NCBI RefSeq assembly: GCF_036321535.1
Contig: NC_087472.1
Coordinates: 90,894,001-90,958,000 of the forward strand
Length of the DNA: 64,000 bases
Direction of reading: 5' to 3'
Source: Camelus dromedarius
Lineage: Eukaryota
Positions 38,363 to 52,189 of this stretch are shown piece by piece. Under the pieces are notes generated by a model. That model was not told the DNA's origin. It ran no database searches and saw only the letters and a list, made by a program, of their open reading frames with translations. Positions within the stretch are counted from its first letter, which is position 1. Each line of letters begins with the position of its first letter. The translations under genes and the position numbers were made by a program.

Positions 38363-40080
38363 CAATACTGACCAAGGCAATCTACAGATTAAAGCAATCC
38401 CTATCAAATTACCCAGGACATTTTACATAGAACTATGACAAATAATCCTAAAATTTATATGGAATCACAAAAGACGAGAATTGCCGAAGCAATATTGAAG
38501 AAAAAGAACAAAGCTGGAGGAATAACCCTTACAGACTTCAGACAATACTACAGAGCTACAGTAATCAAAACAGCATGCTACAGGCATAAAAACAGACATA
38601 TGGATCAATGGAACAGAATGGAAAGTCCAGAAATACACCCACAGATCTATGCTCAATTAATCTTTGACAAAGGAGACATGACTATACAATGGAGAAAAGG
38701 TAGTCTCTTCAGCAGGTGGTGTTGGGAAAACTGAACAGCAGCACAGAAATCGATGAAGTCAGAACATTCCCTCACTCCATACACAAAAATAAACTCAAAA
38801 TGGCTTAAAGACTTAAATATAAGACAAGACATGATAAACCTCCAAGAAGAAAACATAGGCAAAACATTCTTTGACATAAATCTTAGCAATGTTCTCCTAG
38901 GGCAATCTACCCATGCAATAGAAATAAAAGCAAAAATTTACCAATGGGACCTAATTAAACTTATAAGCTTTTGCACAGCAAAGGAAACCATAAACAAAAC
39001 AAAACGACAACATAAAGAATGGGAGAAAATATTTGCAAACAATGCAACTGACAAAGGCTTAATTTCCAGAATATATAAACAGCTCATACAACTTAATAAC
39101 AAAAAACAAACAACCCAATCCAAAAATAGGCAGAAGACCTAAACAAGCAACTCTCCAATGAAGACATACAAATGGCCAAGAGGCACATGAAAAAATGCTC
39201 AGTATCACTAATTATCAAAGAAATGCAAATCAAAACTACAAAGAGGTATCTATAGCCTCACATCAGTCAGAATGGCCATCATTCAAAAGTCCACAAATGA
39301 CAAATGCTGTAGAGGCTGTGGAAAAAAGAGAACCCTCCTATACTGTTGGTGGGAATGTAGTTTGGTGCAGCCACTGTGGAAAACAGTATGGAGATTCCTC
39401 AATAAACTAAAAATAGACTTACTATATGATACAGCAATCCTCCTCCTGGGCATATATCCGGAAGGAACTCAAATTCAAAAAGACACATGCCCCCCAATGT
39501 TCATAGCAGCACTGTATACAATAGCCAAGACATAGAAACAACCTAAATGTCCATCAACAGATGACTGGATTAAAAAGTTGTGGTATATTTATACAATGGA
39601 ATACTACTCAGCCATAAAAAGAATAAAGTAATGCCATTTGCAGCAACACAGATGGACCTAGAGATCACCATTCTAAGTGAAGTAAGCCAGAAGGAGAAAG
39701 AAAAATACCATATGATATAACTTATATATGGAATCTAAAAAAAAAAAAAAAGGACACTATGAATTCATCTACAGAACAGAAACAGACTCACAGACATAGT
39801 AAACAATCTTATGGTTACCAGGGAAAGGGGATGGGAAGGGATAAATTTGGGAGTTTGAGATTTGCAAATGTTAGCTACTAAATATAAAAATAGATTTAAA
39901 AAAAAAAGTTCCTTCAGTATGGCACAGAGAACTATATTCTATATCTTGTACTAACCTTTAATGAAAAACAATATGAAAATGTATATATGTATGTATATGC
40001 ATGACTGGGACATTATGCTGTACACCAGAAATTGACACATTGTAACTGACTGTACTTCAATATAAAAAAATATAAAAAAA
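38363..40080 (+). mobile_element. 5'-truncated LINE-1 (lineage-specific), ORF2 3' part + 3'UTR
   Basis: Broken ORF2 peptides ([45 protein letters not shown]) and an A-tail. TSD is TACGGCAGCCACT (38350-38362) / TATAGCAGCCACT (40081-40093). Confidence 0.92.
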
Positions 40081-42289
40081 TATAGCAGCCACTAACAAAT
40101 GGAAAGGTCTGGAACACTGAAGAGCATGAAAATTCACGTCATATGAGAAGCCATTGAAAGCACTGGAATTTTAGCCTGTAGGAAAGGATGACCCAGAAGC
40201 TAGTCAGAAACATAAAAGAGCTCTCTGAGGTGAGAAGAATGGGACTTGTTCAGGAAGTCACTGGAAGAAGTGGGTGAATGTTATGTGTCATTTGCACAAA
40301 ATAAGACATCTGGCAATGAAATGGGTTGCTTCTCAAAATAGCAAGTACCCAGTACTAAAAGTATTTACGCCAAGTTTCCACAACCTACTTAAGAGAATGA
40401 TTTAAGATAAGATTCCTACTTTGTTATGGGAAAGTTGAATAATAATTTCTGGATTCTAGAGCCTAACACTTGTCTTGTCACTCGATTTTAATTCTAATTT
40501 CTTTTTAATATTGCAAATAAGTTTTCAGATGCTGTCCCTTCGTTCAAAGCCCCCTGGGGTACATGCTATGGCTGAAAGATGGAGGTACAGCCAGCCTTCT
40601 CTGTGCCAACATCACCAAGATATTTTTGCCAAGAGGTTAATTAGAACCTCTTGGAGAATTTCACAAGGTTTTAAACTTCTAATGCTTAAGTTAACATTTT
40701 CCATCATTTTATTTTGGCCTGCTGTTAAATGGAAAAGAGGTGCCATTTTATGGAAATAACAGTTCCATGAAGACCAAAAAAATCTCTCAAGTAGGAAACA
40801 TCTGCAGTCTGTTTACATTATTTTATCCCATTTGATCCCTTACCAGGGACAGTAATATCACTATTTCCATTTTATAGATGAGGTTCTGATTATTAAGTAG
40901 CAGGGTTCAGACCTGATATAGATCTTCTGACTCCAAATCCAGCGCTCCTTCCCTTTGCCCTCACTCACTGATTCAAACTCTTTGGTCCACATACATGTGA
41001 GGACCAAAAGCAGGGATGAAAAGCCTTGTCAATGAAACTCAGTAATCAAAGAAAAAAAGAAACCGGGTAAATGCTCTGCCAGAAGTCAAGCTCAAAAGGA
41101 CACACGGAGCCAGAAATTCAATTAGAGAACATCGTGGAGAGATTTTAAGACTAAAACACATATGGATTAATTACGAAAATAAAATTAGGTAACCAAAAGG
41201 GTCATGGTTTAGAAACAATATATTAGAGTCAGAAGAAAGATATGTTTGGGATCTGGGACACGAAGGGAGAGTGGAGAATTAGGAAAGAATGCAGCTAAAG
41301 TGAACGGACGTGGTGAAGGAAGAGGGAGAAACATCGAGAACAATACTAATATAAGCTGGAGCCGGAGCCTCGCACGGAACAACAGGACTACCAAGACGGG
41401 GAAGGAGCGAGAAATAAAAGAGCACTCCTAAATGGCAAAGCACCATTAAACAAAAATAACACGACAGACACAAAAAGACAGCCATGAGAACCAGAACCTG
41501 AATTAAGCACAATAGATTTGGTTTCGCACATTGTTTTCTACAGGGGCAAAATTTTATTTTCCTTTCTTTGGGCTTATTTTCTTCCCACTATGCCTCCCTC
41601 TTAAGCTCTCCAAAAGGGAAATGCAGAGGGTGTGAAGGGGATGAAAAGTCAAGCTGCATATTTTTAATGTGTTTCCGAATGCCACCGAGAAAGCTACTGC
41701 AGCCTACTTGGTATGTAACATATATTTTAAAACTGCTAAACTGTGCTAGTCATGATGAAAGCACTAGCTGGCATCGGCGAGGGGAGAACCATGAGGCAGA
41801 TTAGAAAAATAAATAAATATTGGCAGTTGGCTGCTCGCATATTTGATCTTGTATAGCATTATGAGTCTATTTAAAACAGTATCATGGTTTTTGAATTGAT
41901 AGATTGATAGATTGAAAAAGAACTTTTAGACCCTTGGATAAAAAAATACCCAATAACTAAAGTACAGTATTATCATATATATTAGAAAGAGCAGAACAAT
42001 GCTTTTGCACCTGCCTCAGCATATCGTCCAAACACACACAAACTGCCATAGAGATATATTGAAGCTCTGAATCAGGCAACTTGATCTGCCCTTGGCCACC
42101 CCATCAAATATGTGCTCTAGAAGTAGCTTCTCCCCAGGGAGCAATGTCCTCAAAAAAATGTCCAGAACAAAGTGACTTCTCTCTGACATTGACATCAGGA
42201 ATTTTCTCCACAGAGAAAAGGGAAATGTAGATAAAAAAATGGACAGAGGAGGGAGAAGGGAGCGGAAGGAATATGAGAGAAGCTGTTCG

Positions 42290-42920
42290 GTGACTCAGAC
42301 GTGTTCCCAGCTCTGGAGCCTTCTTTCAACTCTCTAAAGCCTCAGTTTTGTCAGCTGTTAAATAAGGATAAGGATGGTACTTATCTTAGGGTTGTAGTAC
42401 AAACTGAATGGCGTAACATATGCAAAGCATTTAATGCAATGCCTAGCATTATATATAGTAAATGCTCAATAAATGTTAGATATTATGATTATTACCATTC
42501 CTTTGCATCTATTTTTGCCTTCATTCATTCTTTACTTTATTTAACAAATGTTTGTTGAGTGCTTACTTATGCCAGGCTCTGCTGGGAACCAGGGGTGCAG
42601 ACCTGTGTAAGTCAGACATCTCTCTGCCCCCGTAGACTTTACAGTGTAGTAAAGAAGATATAACATGAAAATTAACTATTACATTAATTATTTAGTTATA
42701 TTTATAATAAACACTATGAAAGGGAAGTCCTGGATGCCAGGAAAGAGTATAATGGGGGAACTGATCTAATCTAGGGCTTCCTTCAGGAAGTAAGTATTGA
42801 GCTACATTCTGAAGGATGAGTAAAAATTAGCTAGAAAGGGTAGGGGCGTAGTTTGAGGTGAGAGAGAAAGATCGAAGAGCATTCCAAATAGAGGAAACAT
42901 TATTTACAAATGCTTGGAGG
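42290..42920. mobile_element. MIR (+, ~42290-42490) followed by L2 3' end (-, ~42520-42920)
   Basis: CTCTAAAGCCTCAGTTTT...AAATGCTCAATAAATGTTAG, then TTCATTCATT...AACAAATGTTTGTTGAGTGCTTAC. Confidence 0.75.
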
Positions 42921-44009
42921 CAAAACTTACAGAAAGCAGATAATTGGTAGAGCTTTTGTGACTTTCCCTACCCGTGGCCTTATTTTAATTTAAGCAAACT
43001 AACCTAACTGGTAACCCCAGGAAGAAAAAGACAGTAGTTTCCAGTCATTTACTTCTTGCTGGAAGAAACAGAGCAAATCAGAATGAAATCTTTGTTTGCC
43101 CATCCTAAATCCAGAACTCTCTTTTGTCAGAGAGAAAGAGGTGATGAAAGTCCACTTAAGAAACCAAAACCTAAATCTATTCTGTAGGTTAAAATATACA
43201 TCGAGGTTTATAATTCCATTTTACATGTAGTTCTGCATCACGTCTAAAAGTTCGGAGCTGAGAATCATGTAGATGGAAGTGTTACACTGACTACTGAAAT
43301 GTCTTTCGGGCAGAAGAGAACCAAAATAATAAATGGGGTACGTGCCAAGCCTGCCTTGTGCTGTTAGAGTTAATGCTGCTAGGATGTTTATATTATACAC
43401 TTCAGCTTTAAGGCTCTAAGATTTGGCCATAAAATCTCTTCCCAGCTGAAATGTGGCATATAAATAAGGTCTCTGCTTAAGGGCTGAATTGCTCTGTTGC
43501 TCTTTTAAGCTGTCCTTTCGCTGGATACAACTCTGGGTGACTTTTTAACGCTATTTGACACCACCACCCACTTTTAACCCTTCATGCTTAGGAAAGGTGC
43601 CCCAAAAGCCCCTTATCATGGCTGCCTAGAATTTAAAAGTGAGTGGAAAATTAGACAATTTGTAATGTGGCTAGAAAACCAGACATTTGTATAGTGAGAA
43701 GAAAATTATATTCTGATCAGAGAATAATTTCAACACAAAATTCCTTTTTAAAAATTTATTCCCTCTCTAGTCTGTAGGATGTTAAAGCTCTGATGGTAAC
43801 ATGATGTAGCCAGCCCAAGAAAGAAAAAAACACAACCTGGTAATTTTATTAAGGAAACTGTAGTACCAATCATATGTCTCTTCAAAATCTAGTTTTTATC
43901 CAATTAATCCAACAGGAAACCAGTATTACTGAGGATTTTTTTCACTCATTTTGCTGATTCAGTTGGCTATTGACCCTCTGAGACTGGGGCTACAATTTTA
44001 TTGTCGGTA

Positions 44010-45640
44010 ATTTTTTAACTTTTAATTTTGAAGTAAATATTATAGATTCACAAGAAGCTGCAAAAAGTGGTACAGGACAATGTACCCGTCACCACGCCTC
44101 CCCCAGGGGTAACATCTTACATAACAATTATGCATCCTCAAAACCAGGAAATTAATTGGCATAATATAATTTACTAGACTATAGATTGTACTCTGATTTT
44201 ACCCGTTTTTGTGTGCACTCATTTTTGTACGTCTCTGTATAATTCTATGGTATTTTGTCACATATATGAATTTGTGAAACTACCATCACAATAAAGACAC
44301 AGAACCATTACCACAAATGAACTGCTTCGTGCTGCCCCATTTATAGTCACTCCTCCTTTCCTCCCTCCTTCCCCCCTTCCCTCACTTCTGACGACCCTTT
44401 ATCTCTTCTCCATCTCCATACTTTAGTCATTTCAAGACAAAAAAAAAATGGAATCACAAAGTACATAGATTTCTCAACTGGCTTCCCCCTCCCCCGCCTC
44501 AATGCTATGATCAGAATGTTGTGTCCCCCCAAAATTCATATGTTGAAATCCTAACCCCCACAAAGATGATAGTATTAGGAGGTGGAACCTGTGGAAGAGG
44601 CTTAGATCATGAGAGTAAAGCCCTTATGAATGGGATTGATGTTCTTAAAAAAGAGACCCCACAGAGCTCCCTCACCCCTTCCATCATGTGAGGACCTCGT
44701 GATAAAGCTAAGAACCAGGAAGGGGGCTCTCACCAGAATGTGACCATGCTGGTACCTTGATCTTGGACTTTCCAGGCTCCAGAACCATAAAAAGTAAATT
44801 TCTTTTGTTTATAAGCCGATCAGTCTATCCTATTTTGTTATAGCAATCCAAACAGCCTAAGACATTCAACATAATGCCCTTAAATCCATTCAGGTTGTTG
44901 TGTGTATCACTAGTTCATTCCTTTATTGCTGAGTAGTATTCCATTGCCGAGTAGTAGACCATAATTTGTTCAATTATTGACTTGATGAAGCAAATCTGGG
45001 TTGTTGATAGTTTTGGGCTACTGCAAATTAAATTCCTATGAATATTCATGTATAGCATTTTGCATAAATATAAGTTTTCATTTCTGTAAAATAAATGCCC
45101 AGGTACGTAATGATTGCTCAGTTGTATGCTAAGTGTATGTTTAACTTTTTAACGAAATTACCATACTGCTTTCCAGGCAGTTGTACCATTTAACATTTCT
45201 ACCAGCAATGTATGAAAGATTCAGTATGTCTGTATCCTTGCCAGAATATGGTATTTTCAGTAATTTTTATTTTAGCCATTCTAATGTAGTGGTATCTCAT
45301 CATGAATTTCATTTGCATTTTCCTAATGGCTAACAGTGTTGAATAATATTTCATGTGTTTATTTGTGACCCATATATCTTCTCTGGTGAGTTTCTTTCAA
45401 GTCTTTTGCCCATTTTTCTAATTGTACTTTTTTGGCTCTCTTTAAAAATGTTGAGTTTTGAGAGTTCTTTATTCTAGATACGAGTCTTTTGTTGGATATG
45501 TTTTTCGCAAATATTTTCTGCCTGTCAGTGGCTTGTCTTTTCATCCTCATAACAGTCTTTAGCAAAGCAAAAGTTTTTAATCTGATGAAGTCCAATGTAT
45601 CCTTTTTTTTCTTTTGTGAATTTTGCTTCTGGTATCATAT
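44010..45640 (-). mobile_element. Old L1 (L1MB/MC-like) 3' portion
   Basis: Antisense ORF2 remnant (DFIRLKTF...KRQATDRQKIFA) and 3'UTR; interrupted by MLT1A. Confidence 0.85.
44503..44864 (+). mobile_element. MLT1A-type solo LTR nested in L1
   Basis: TGCTATG...CTAAGACA termini, 5-bp TSD CTCAA/TTCAA; homologous to 12727-13094. Confidence 0.88.
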
Positions 45641-45679
45641 AGGGACTGAAGTTTTCTTCAGTGGATTGAAATGCTACCA

Positions 45680-45915
45680 ATTAGTGACAACAGATAACAT
45701 GTATTATGCACTTACCAGGAGCTGGGAACTGTGCTAAGCCCTTTATAAACATTAGCTAATTTCATCTTTACCTCAGCCCTATGAGGTCCACATGATAAGC
45801 TGCATTTTCACAAATGAGGTGACTGAATTTTAGCAAGGTCAGTCACTTGTTGAGGCTCCCATAGCAAGTAAACAAGTCTGGCTCCCAATTCCAGTATCTC
45901 TGACTCTGAAGTACA
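45680..45915 (-). mobile_element. MIR SINE
   Basis: CATTTTCACAAATGAGGTGACTGA and flanking MIR motifs. Confidence 0.65.
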
Positions 45916-46632
45916 GTGTATAATGAGGAATTAGGCAAAAAAAATGATTAAGAAATGTTCATAAAGAGAATTTCTGTAGGATCTGGGGAGGGATGGAGGA
46001 GGTGGGAAAGGCCATAAGGTGATGACTGGACTTAACCTATCCAGCAAAAAGGTGCAAGAAGGAGCAGCCCCTAAGAAGCACCAGTAACAAAGATTAAGTC
46101 AGCACTCGCCTAGGGTAGAAACCACCAATGAAGTCCTGATTTCAATCCAGCATTTTAGCATGCAGTGAGAATGAACCCATTTGTCCTTTCCACATACATA
46201 GACTTTGCTTCCCAGGAAATAAAAGAAAAGGGTCTTTTGCCCGGCGTGAGTGAAGAGAATGGAATTCTTTCTCCTCCATCTTGAATGTAGCCTGTATTGA
46301 CTACACTGAAGACATGCCCTGTGGAAGGCAAGTGGTTTCTCTGGAAGCTGTTTGCATATTTTGGTAAAGAGGCTGAGAAAGGAAACAGTAACGGGGTGGG
46401 GGTGTGGGATGAAACAGTCATGGACAAGCCAGCTATGGCACTGTTCCTACACCAAGTAATCTAAAGTGACTTGGCTCTGAGCCAATAGACTGTAGAATTT
46501 GTATTAATGTTATTGCAGTGGGGAGAAAGCTCTTACAGTATCTACTGCGGGATGTGAGATTAGCTGACCTATGCTAATCCTAAATAATTAGAGTAGGAAC
46601 TTGCCTTAAAATTTAAGATGCTCTTGATAAAA

Positions 46633-46820
46633 CTGTGGTTCTCAAAGTGTAGTCTCAGGGCTAGCAGCATTAGATCACATGGGAGGCTGTTAGAAATGCA
46701 AATTTTCAGACTCTATCCCAGAGCTACTGATTCAGAAACCCTGGGGATGAGGCCCAGCAGTCTGTGTTTTCAAAAGTCTTCCAAGTGATTCTGATACAGA
46801 CTAAAGGTTGAGAACCCCTG
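46633..46820. mobile_element. MER5A-type hAT MITE
   Basis: Terminal inverted repeats CTGTGGTTCTCAA...TTGAGAACCCCTG and internal TGTTAGAAATGCAAATT. Confidence 0.85.
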
Positions 46821-46839
46821 CAGTAGGAGGAGGTTTATA

Positions 46840-47365
46840 ATTGATTTCAGTTAGGACTAGTCTCAACTGCATATAAAAGGTAAAACTCAAAATATTAGTG
46901 ACAAAACATACCAGACTTGTAATTTCATACAGAAGTCTGAAGGTGGTCTATCCAGGGCTGGTACGTGGTATCAAAAAGCCATGTGAAACGTAAGCTCCAT
47001 CTTTCTATTTTGCCATCCTCAGTACTGGTCTTCATCCTCAAGGGTGCCTCGTTGTCCAAAATGACCACTTAAGCTTTAGCTCTCACGTCTCACATTGAAA
47101 GCAACAGGAAGGAACAAGGGGAAAAGATGAAAGGGGATCCCTCCCAGTGAGTCAGTGACCTTTAAGCAGCAAACCTACATAACATTTCCATTTCATTATC
47201 CAGAACTTAGTTATATGGCCACAACCTTCCACAAAGGAGGCTGGGAAAGGTGGCCTTTAACTGGTTCTGGGGCAGTCTTTGAACACCTTGAATACAATGA
47301 GGGTTCTGTTACTAAGGAAAAGAAGAGAACTGGTATCAGTGACATCCAGAAGCTGCTGCCACAAA
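46840..47365 (-). mobile_element. Old MLT1 LTR
   Basis: CCAGAACTTAGTTATATGGCCACA...AAAGGAGGCTGGGAAA...CTGCCACA. Confidence 0.6.
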
Positions 47366-49904
47366 TCCTTAAGAAGCAGCTAGGAGAATTCTAGAAATTT
47401 GGAAAGCATCTTGGAATCAGCCAAATCTTTACATTTCTATGCTAATCTTCCATTCAAGGCAGTAAGTATTTTGGCTTTTTGGTACAAGTCTCTGGTCAGA
47501 GATGATAAATACTGTGGAACGAGGGAGAGGTTATTTGCATGTCTTAACACACCACTCATCTCCCATAAGATGTCAGCCATGTCCTTTATTTGATCACCAC
47601 AGAAGCAAATGCTTGACTTCGCCCAAAGAGAAATTGGTTCAAGTGAGCTTTTCTGACCTATTTTTACAAAAGAAAATCCCAGCTCTCACTCAGAAAAATA
47701 GACAATAATTTGGCTTTACTGGTTCCCAGCCCCAATTTCTACACAAAACATGGCCCCTAAGCTTTGCTCTCTCCAGAATGGAGTTGGAAAGTGAAGGAGG
47801 CCCAGCCCAAAGAGGGGGTTGCATCAAAGAATCCATGCTCAGCAACATCTCTTAAGTCTTATGTTCTCAAACTTCCCGCGAATGAAACTCATTTGGGGAA
47901 ACTGGCTAACAATGCAAATTCCCAAGCCCGAAACTAAAAGATTCTAATGCTACAAAAAATGAATAGGATCCAGGAATTCGTGCTTTTTTCCCATTACCCA
48001 GTTGATTCCGATGGAACTTTGAGAAACTCTGTCTAACAAGTACCCATGACCCTGCAGCAGGCAACATACGGAACAAATTCATTCAAAAGCTGATGCTTGC
48101 ATATTCTCCAATGTATAACAAAGTTAAAGCAGCTGCTTGATTTGATGAAAAAGATCAAATCAGCTATTTGACAGCATTGTTTGGTAAGTTTAGTTAAAAC
48201 AGGCAGGTCGGGAAATTCTCCATGCCATGAGACCACGATTAAGGGATGCCAGCTCAACAGCAACAAGGACGATGACAACAGTCTGGTCATAGACAAAGGC
48301 CGCCCCAAATCCCCATGTGAATCCTTTGTTAACCTGGGCCCTATTGCTTTCAGTATTAGATGACATTTAAGTTTCCTTCCAGCTCTAACAAGCTATGATT
48401 TTACTTTGAGGTCTTCAGACAAGGACATGTTGCTATGTACTGGGAGCCGTGACACAAGGGAGAAAGAGCCGAGTGGTGAAGTCTGGATATCCGAAAGGAA
48501 AGATGAGGAGAGGAAGGGAGAGAAGGGGAAGAAAGGGTACCTTTGGCACAAAGCTGCTAACTCTTCCCAAAGAGAACGCATGCCACACGAGCACACACAT
48601 GCACGAACCCTCATTATTTTCCAGCTCCCACCTATCTAGATCAGCTGTTGTTAAGCCCCGCGTTGCTGACATGAGTCAGAAAAGTATACACTCTAGTCTA
48701 GCCAAGATTAGAAGTTTTGCTTTGTATTACACCAGCTTCCAACTACAATTTCACTGCAGCAAAAAATGACAGATGAGGGGAAAACACCCCACCCTACGAC
48801 CTACAATGGTGTTTAATATAGGAGATGTGCTCCATCTACTGGTACAGACGACAATCACAGATAAGAGATGAAAACTCCGTACAACAGAATAAAGGCATAC
48901 ATTTTAAATTAGATTCTGGTCATTTGGATAAAAAAGGGCACCTTTTCTTTTTACAAAAAAAACAAGAAAGAAGGAACAAAGGAAGAAAGCCATGAAATTT
49001 ACAGAGACAGAAGCTACAAAGGAAAAAGAGAAACAGACTAGACAGAAACACAATGGGAGGAGCATACAAAAAAAAAAATAGGGAAGAAAGTGCCCAAATG
49101 GCAAAACTGTAAGAAACAAGCTATTTGGTTATCATCTGAACACAGAAGCTTCAAACACAGCCCCCACAAGCTCTGGAAATAACATGCTACATGTCATGTT
49201 TTAGCACCTTCATTTAAATTATTATAAAGAAATATTTTGCAGGGATTTATCCACATTGACACAATCGACTTGAATAAGGCTAAGTCTTAATAGAGAATCA
49301 TTGTACATTTTGTCATTGTCGGGGGACATGCAGACAATAGTGCTAATGCTGGAAGTTCACGCAATTTGGAAAAGACCGGAGGGGCTGAGGCATGACCAGC
49401 CCTTCTGTACCTCTTGCGCAGGCCTATCACTGTTTCCAGTTATGATTCTTAGGCTTCTGATACCTTTTATTCCTCAAACAGCTATGTACTTTCTGAGGTG
49501 CTGATGAATTATTTGATTATCATTTCTCATTCATGGGCACTGACAGTGCAAGTCTGCAAAGCATTCTACAGTTTTTCCACTTCTCATAGACTTGCCTTAT
49601 CCAGGGGTCCTACAGACTCTCAGGATGAAGAGACAACAAAAATAACCCTTACTGAGCATCCACTGGGCACCCATGTCAGTGCTTCAGAGCTTACTGATTT
49701 AATCTTCAGCCCAGCCCTGTGGCGGGCTTTCTTAGTATACCTGTTTTGCAGATGTCAAGACAAAGGCTCAGAGAAGTTAAATAACCATCCCAATGCTATT
49801 ACCTCATGGTTCTGGAAAGCTGGTCAAAGGAACTGTAGTGTGCAAGATCTTCGCTACAGCATGAGAACATATCATGCCAGCAACACTCAGTATTGTAATA
49901 TAAC

Positions 49905-50082
49905 CCAATGTTTCCCAGCATGAGAAGCTGCATCAGGATCTCCTAAGGTTGACTGTTAAAAATGCACATGCCAGATCCTTGGCAGACTGGCTGAGTCAGA
50001 ACCTCTGGTGAGGCCCTAGAATCTGCATTTTAACAAGTGTCAGGAGATGGTTCTGAGTCTCACTAAATTTGGGGACCACCTA
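49905..50082. mobile_element. MER5-type hAT MITE
   Basis: GAATCTGCATTTTAACAAG motif and degenerate TIRs; similar pieces at ~13100-13220 and ~47855-48030. Confidence 0.6.
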
Positions 50083-50344
50083 ATAGAAGCAAAAAAAAAA
50101 AAGCTGATATACCAAGGACATGGTTTTCGAGCTAACAGTATAACAGAAGTTTTCTCTATTTTTCACAGTTCAGGCTGCTATGGTATGGGGCAAGAATGCC
50201 ATCGATTATTATCTGGTTAAGCTACCCTGATTTTCTGAGCTAGTTTACTCAATCTGTAAAATGGGAATCATAGTTTCTGTCTCACACGGTTGTAGTGATG
50301 AGTAATGCATGTGAAAACACTTTGAAAATTCTAAATGGCTCTTT

Positions 50345-50893
50345 GGTACATTATAAAAATGGCCCCCAATCCTCCCCTGACCCCTACATCCACATCTTTG
50401 CAATATTGATGTTGCAGGTCTTCCTATCAAGATACAAGGTACTATCCTCCATTCCTTGAATCTGGGCTACATTTTTTGCTTTGTCTAATTGGACAATAGC
50501 CAATATGACCCAAGCAGAGGCTTAAAGAGCCCTTGCATATTGGGGGTTGCCCTACTGCTGTGCGTGGGATCCTGAAGCCACCATGTGATTGAGTCTCAGC
50601 TAGCCTTCTGGAAGATAAAAAATAACATAAAAAAAAGAACCATAGTTAGCCAGCTGCCAGCCAACAGCCAGCCAACTGCCAGACATGTATGTGAGCCTAT
50701 TCTGGATCATCCAGCCACCTGCTGACTTTCCAGCTAACTATAGACTCATAAATGAAACCAGCAGAAATCAACAGACCCAACCTAGACCAGAATAACTGCC
50801 CGGGCAGCCCAGCAAATTGTGAGCAAAATAAATGATTGTCAAAGCCAGCAAATTTCGGCAAGGTTTGTTATGCAGCAAAAGCTAACTGATACA
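50345..50893 (+). mobile_element. MLT1E/F-type LTR
   Basis: AAAAATGGCCCCCAAT start, CCAGCCAACAGCCAGCCAACTGCCAGACATG, and GTTATGCAGCAAAAGCTAACTGATACA end. Confidence 0.78.
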
Positions 50894-52189
50894 GGCTCTG
50901 TGCACAAGCTACTAGTTAGGTTGTTTAGGGTTTTGAGCATGGCTTCTGTGGTTTTCAAAGACACTGCTCCGAGGGGCAGACCACAGATGAGTAGACATTA
51001 TGGTGCAAATTTTCAGTCAAGCTCTTTCATCACATGGCAACAATGCCCACCAGAAATTGTTTTACAGTCTCTCCTGACCAAAGCACATTCAGGAAGTAGC
51101 AAGGAGCTGAGATGAAAGAACCCTTCCTTATTTCCCTGACTCGTATTGTTTCAAGAAAGGCAGCTCAGCAGCCTTGTGCAGAAGGACATATAACCTAAAT
51201 CTTCTCCAAGCCTATTGTCAATAATAATCTGGCTCCACAAATGCGTGCATAATCCACTGCATACCTTCCCCATGTGCACTCTTTCAACATCCTGCTGCTG
51301 GCACCAAGATAAATGGCTCCATCAAAGGCAGCCAGGGAGGCTTGCGACCTGTTGAGGCAGAAAAGCTTCCTGGGGGATCAGAAACATCCTAATGCCCAAA
51401 TCAAGAATCCTCACTGCCATATGAAGCGTTACTGTGCAGAATACATTAAATAAACCTACAATGGTGAACAGGGCAGGATTGTGCTACCCAGGCTCACCCC
51501 GAGAGTCTTTATGCTATGATTAAATTCCTTTGATAGCCATTTTCAAAGTGTGTTTTTCCTCTTTGCTAAACATGTTTGGCAAGAGAAGACTCGTCATCTG
51601 GAAACATTATCTGAGGAGCCTCATTCAGTAGAACAAGGTGCAAGGGTTTTCTGTCAAATCCACGTTCCACAATTTGAACAGTAAGTATAAAACCAAGAAT
51701 TTTTAAACCTTCCTTTCCTTCTCTCAAGAGATTCAGAGATCATGCAATGAAGGAATACAGCTGTTTTACCATTCATTTGACATACAGCAAATTGCAACTT
51801 GCTCCAGGAGTGACAATTTACAAGGCTGATGCACCATATTCAAATCACATGCTCATTCTGCACCCTTCCCCCACAATACACACTTTACTAGATGGTTATG
51901 GTGCTATTGTTGGTTGAGAATAACCACATAATCCATTTTCTTAAATTTATCTTCAAGCTGTATTGAATCAGGAGGACATCTCAGAATGCCATCAGGTAAC
52001 CCAAAATAAGTCTCAGGCTCCTTCTGCTTATTATACACGGGCTCGAATATGTTCACTTGCACTGAAGAATTTCAAACGCCTTTTTTAAAGCCTAACAGAT
52101 TTTCTGGATATAATTTGGAATTTTAAGCTTCATTCAAGAAATCAAAATAAGTCCATCAACATTAAGTCAACTAATATGAGTTCTAGAAC

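Noticed and set aside
41745..41768. Box C motif ATGATGA inside a short hairpin (C/D snoRNA candidate)
   Set aside because: No box D (CTGA) or terminal stem at a suitable distance.
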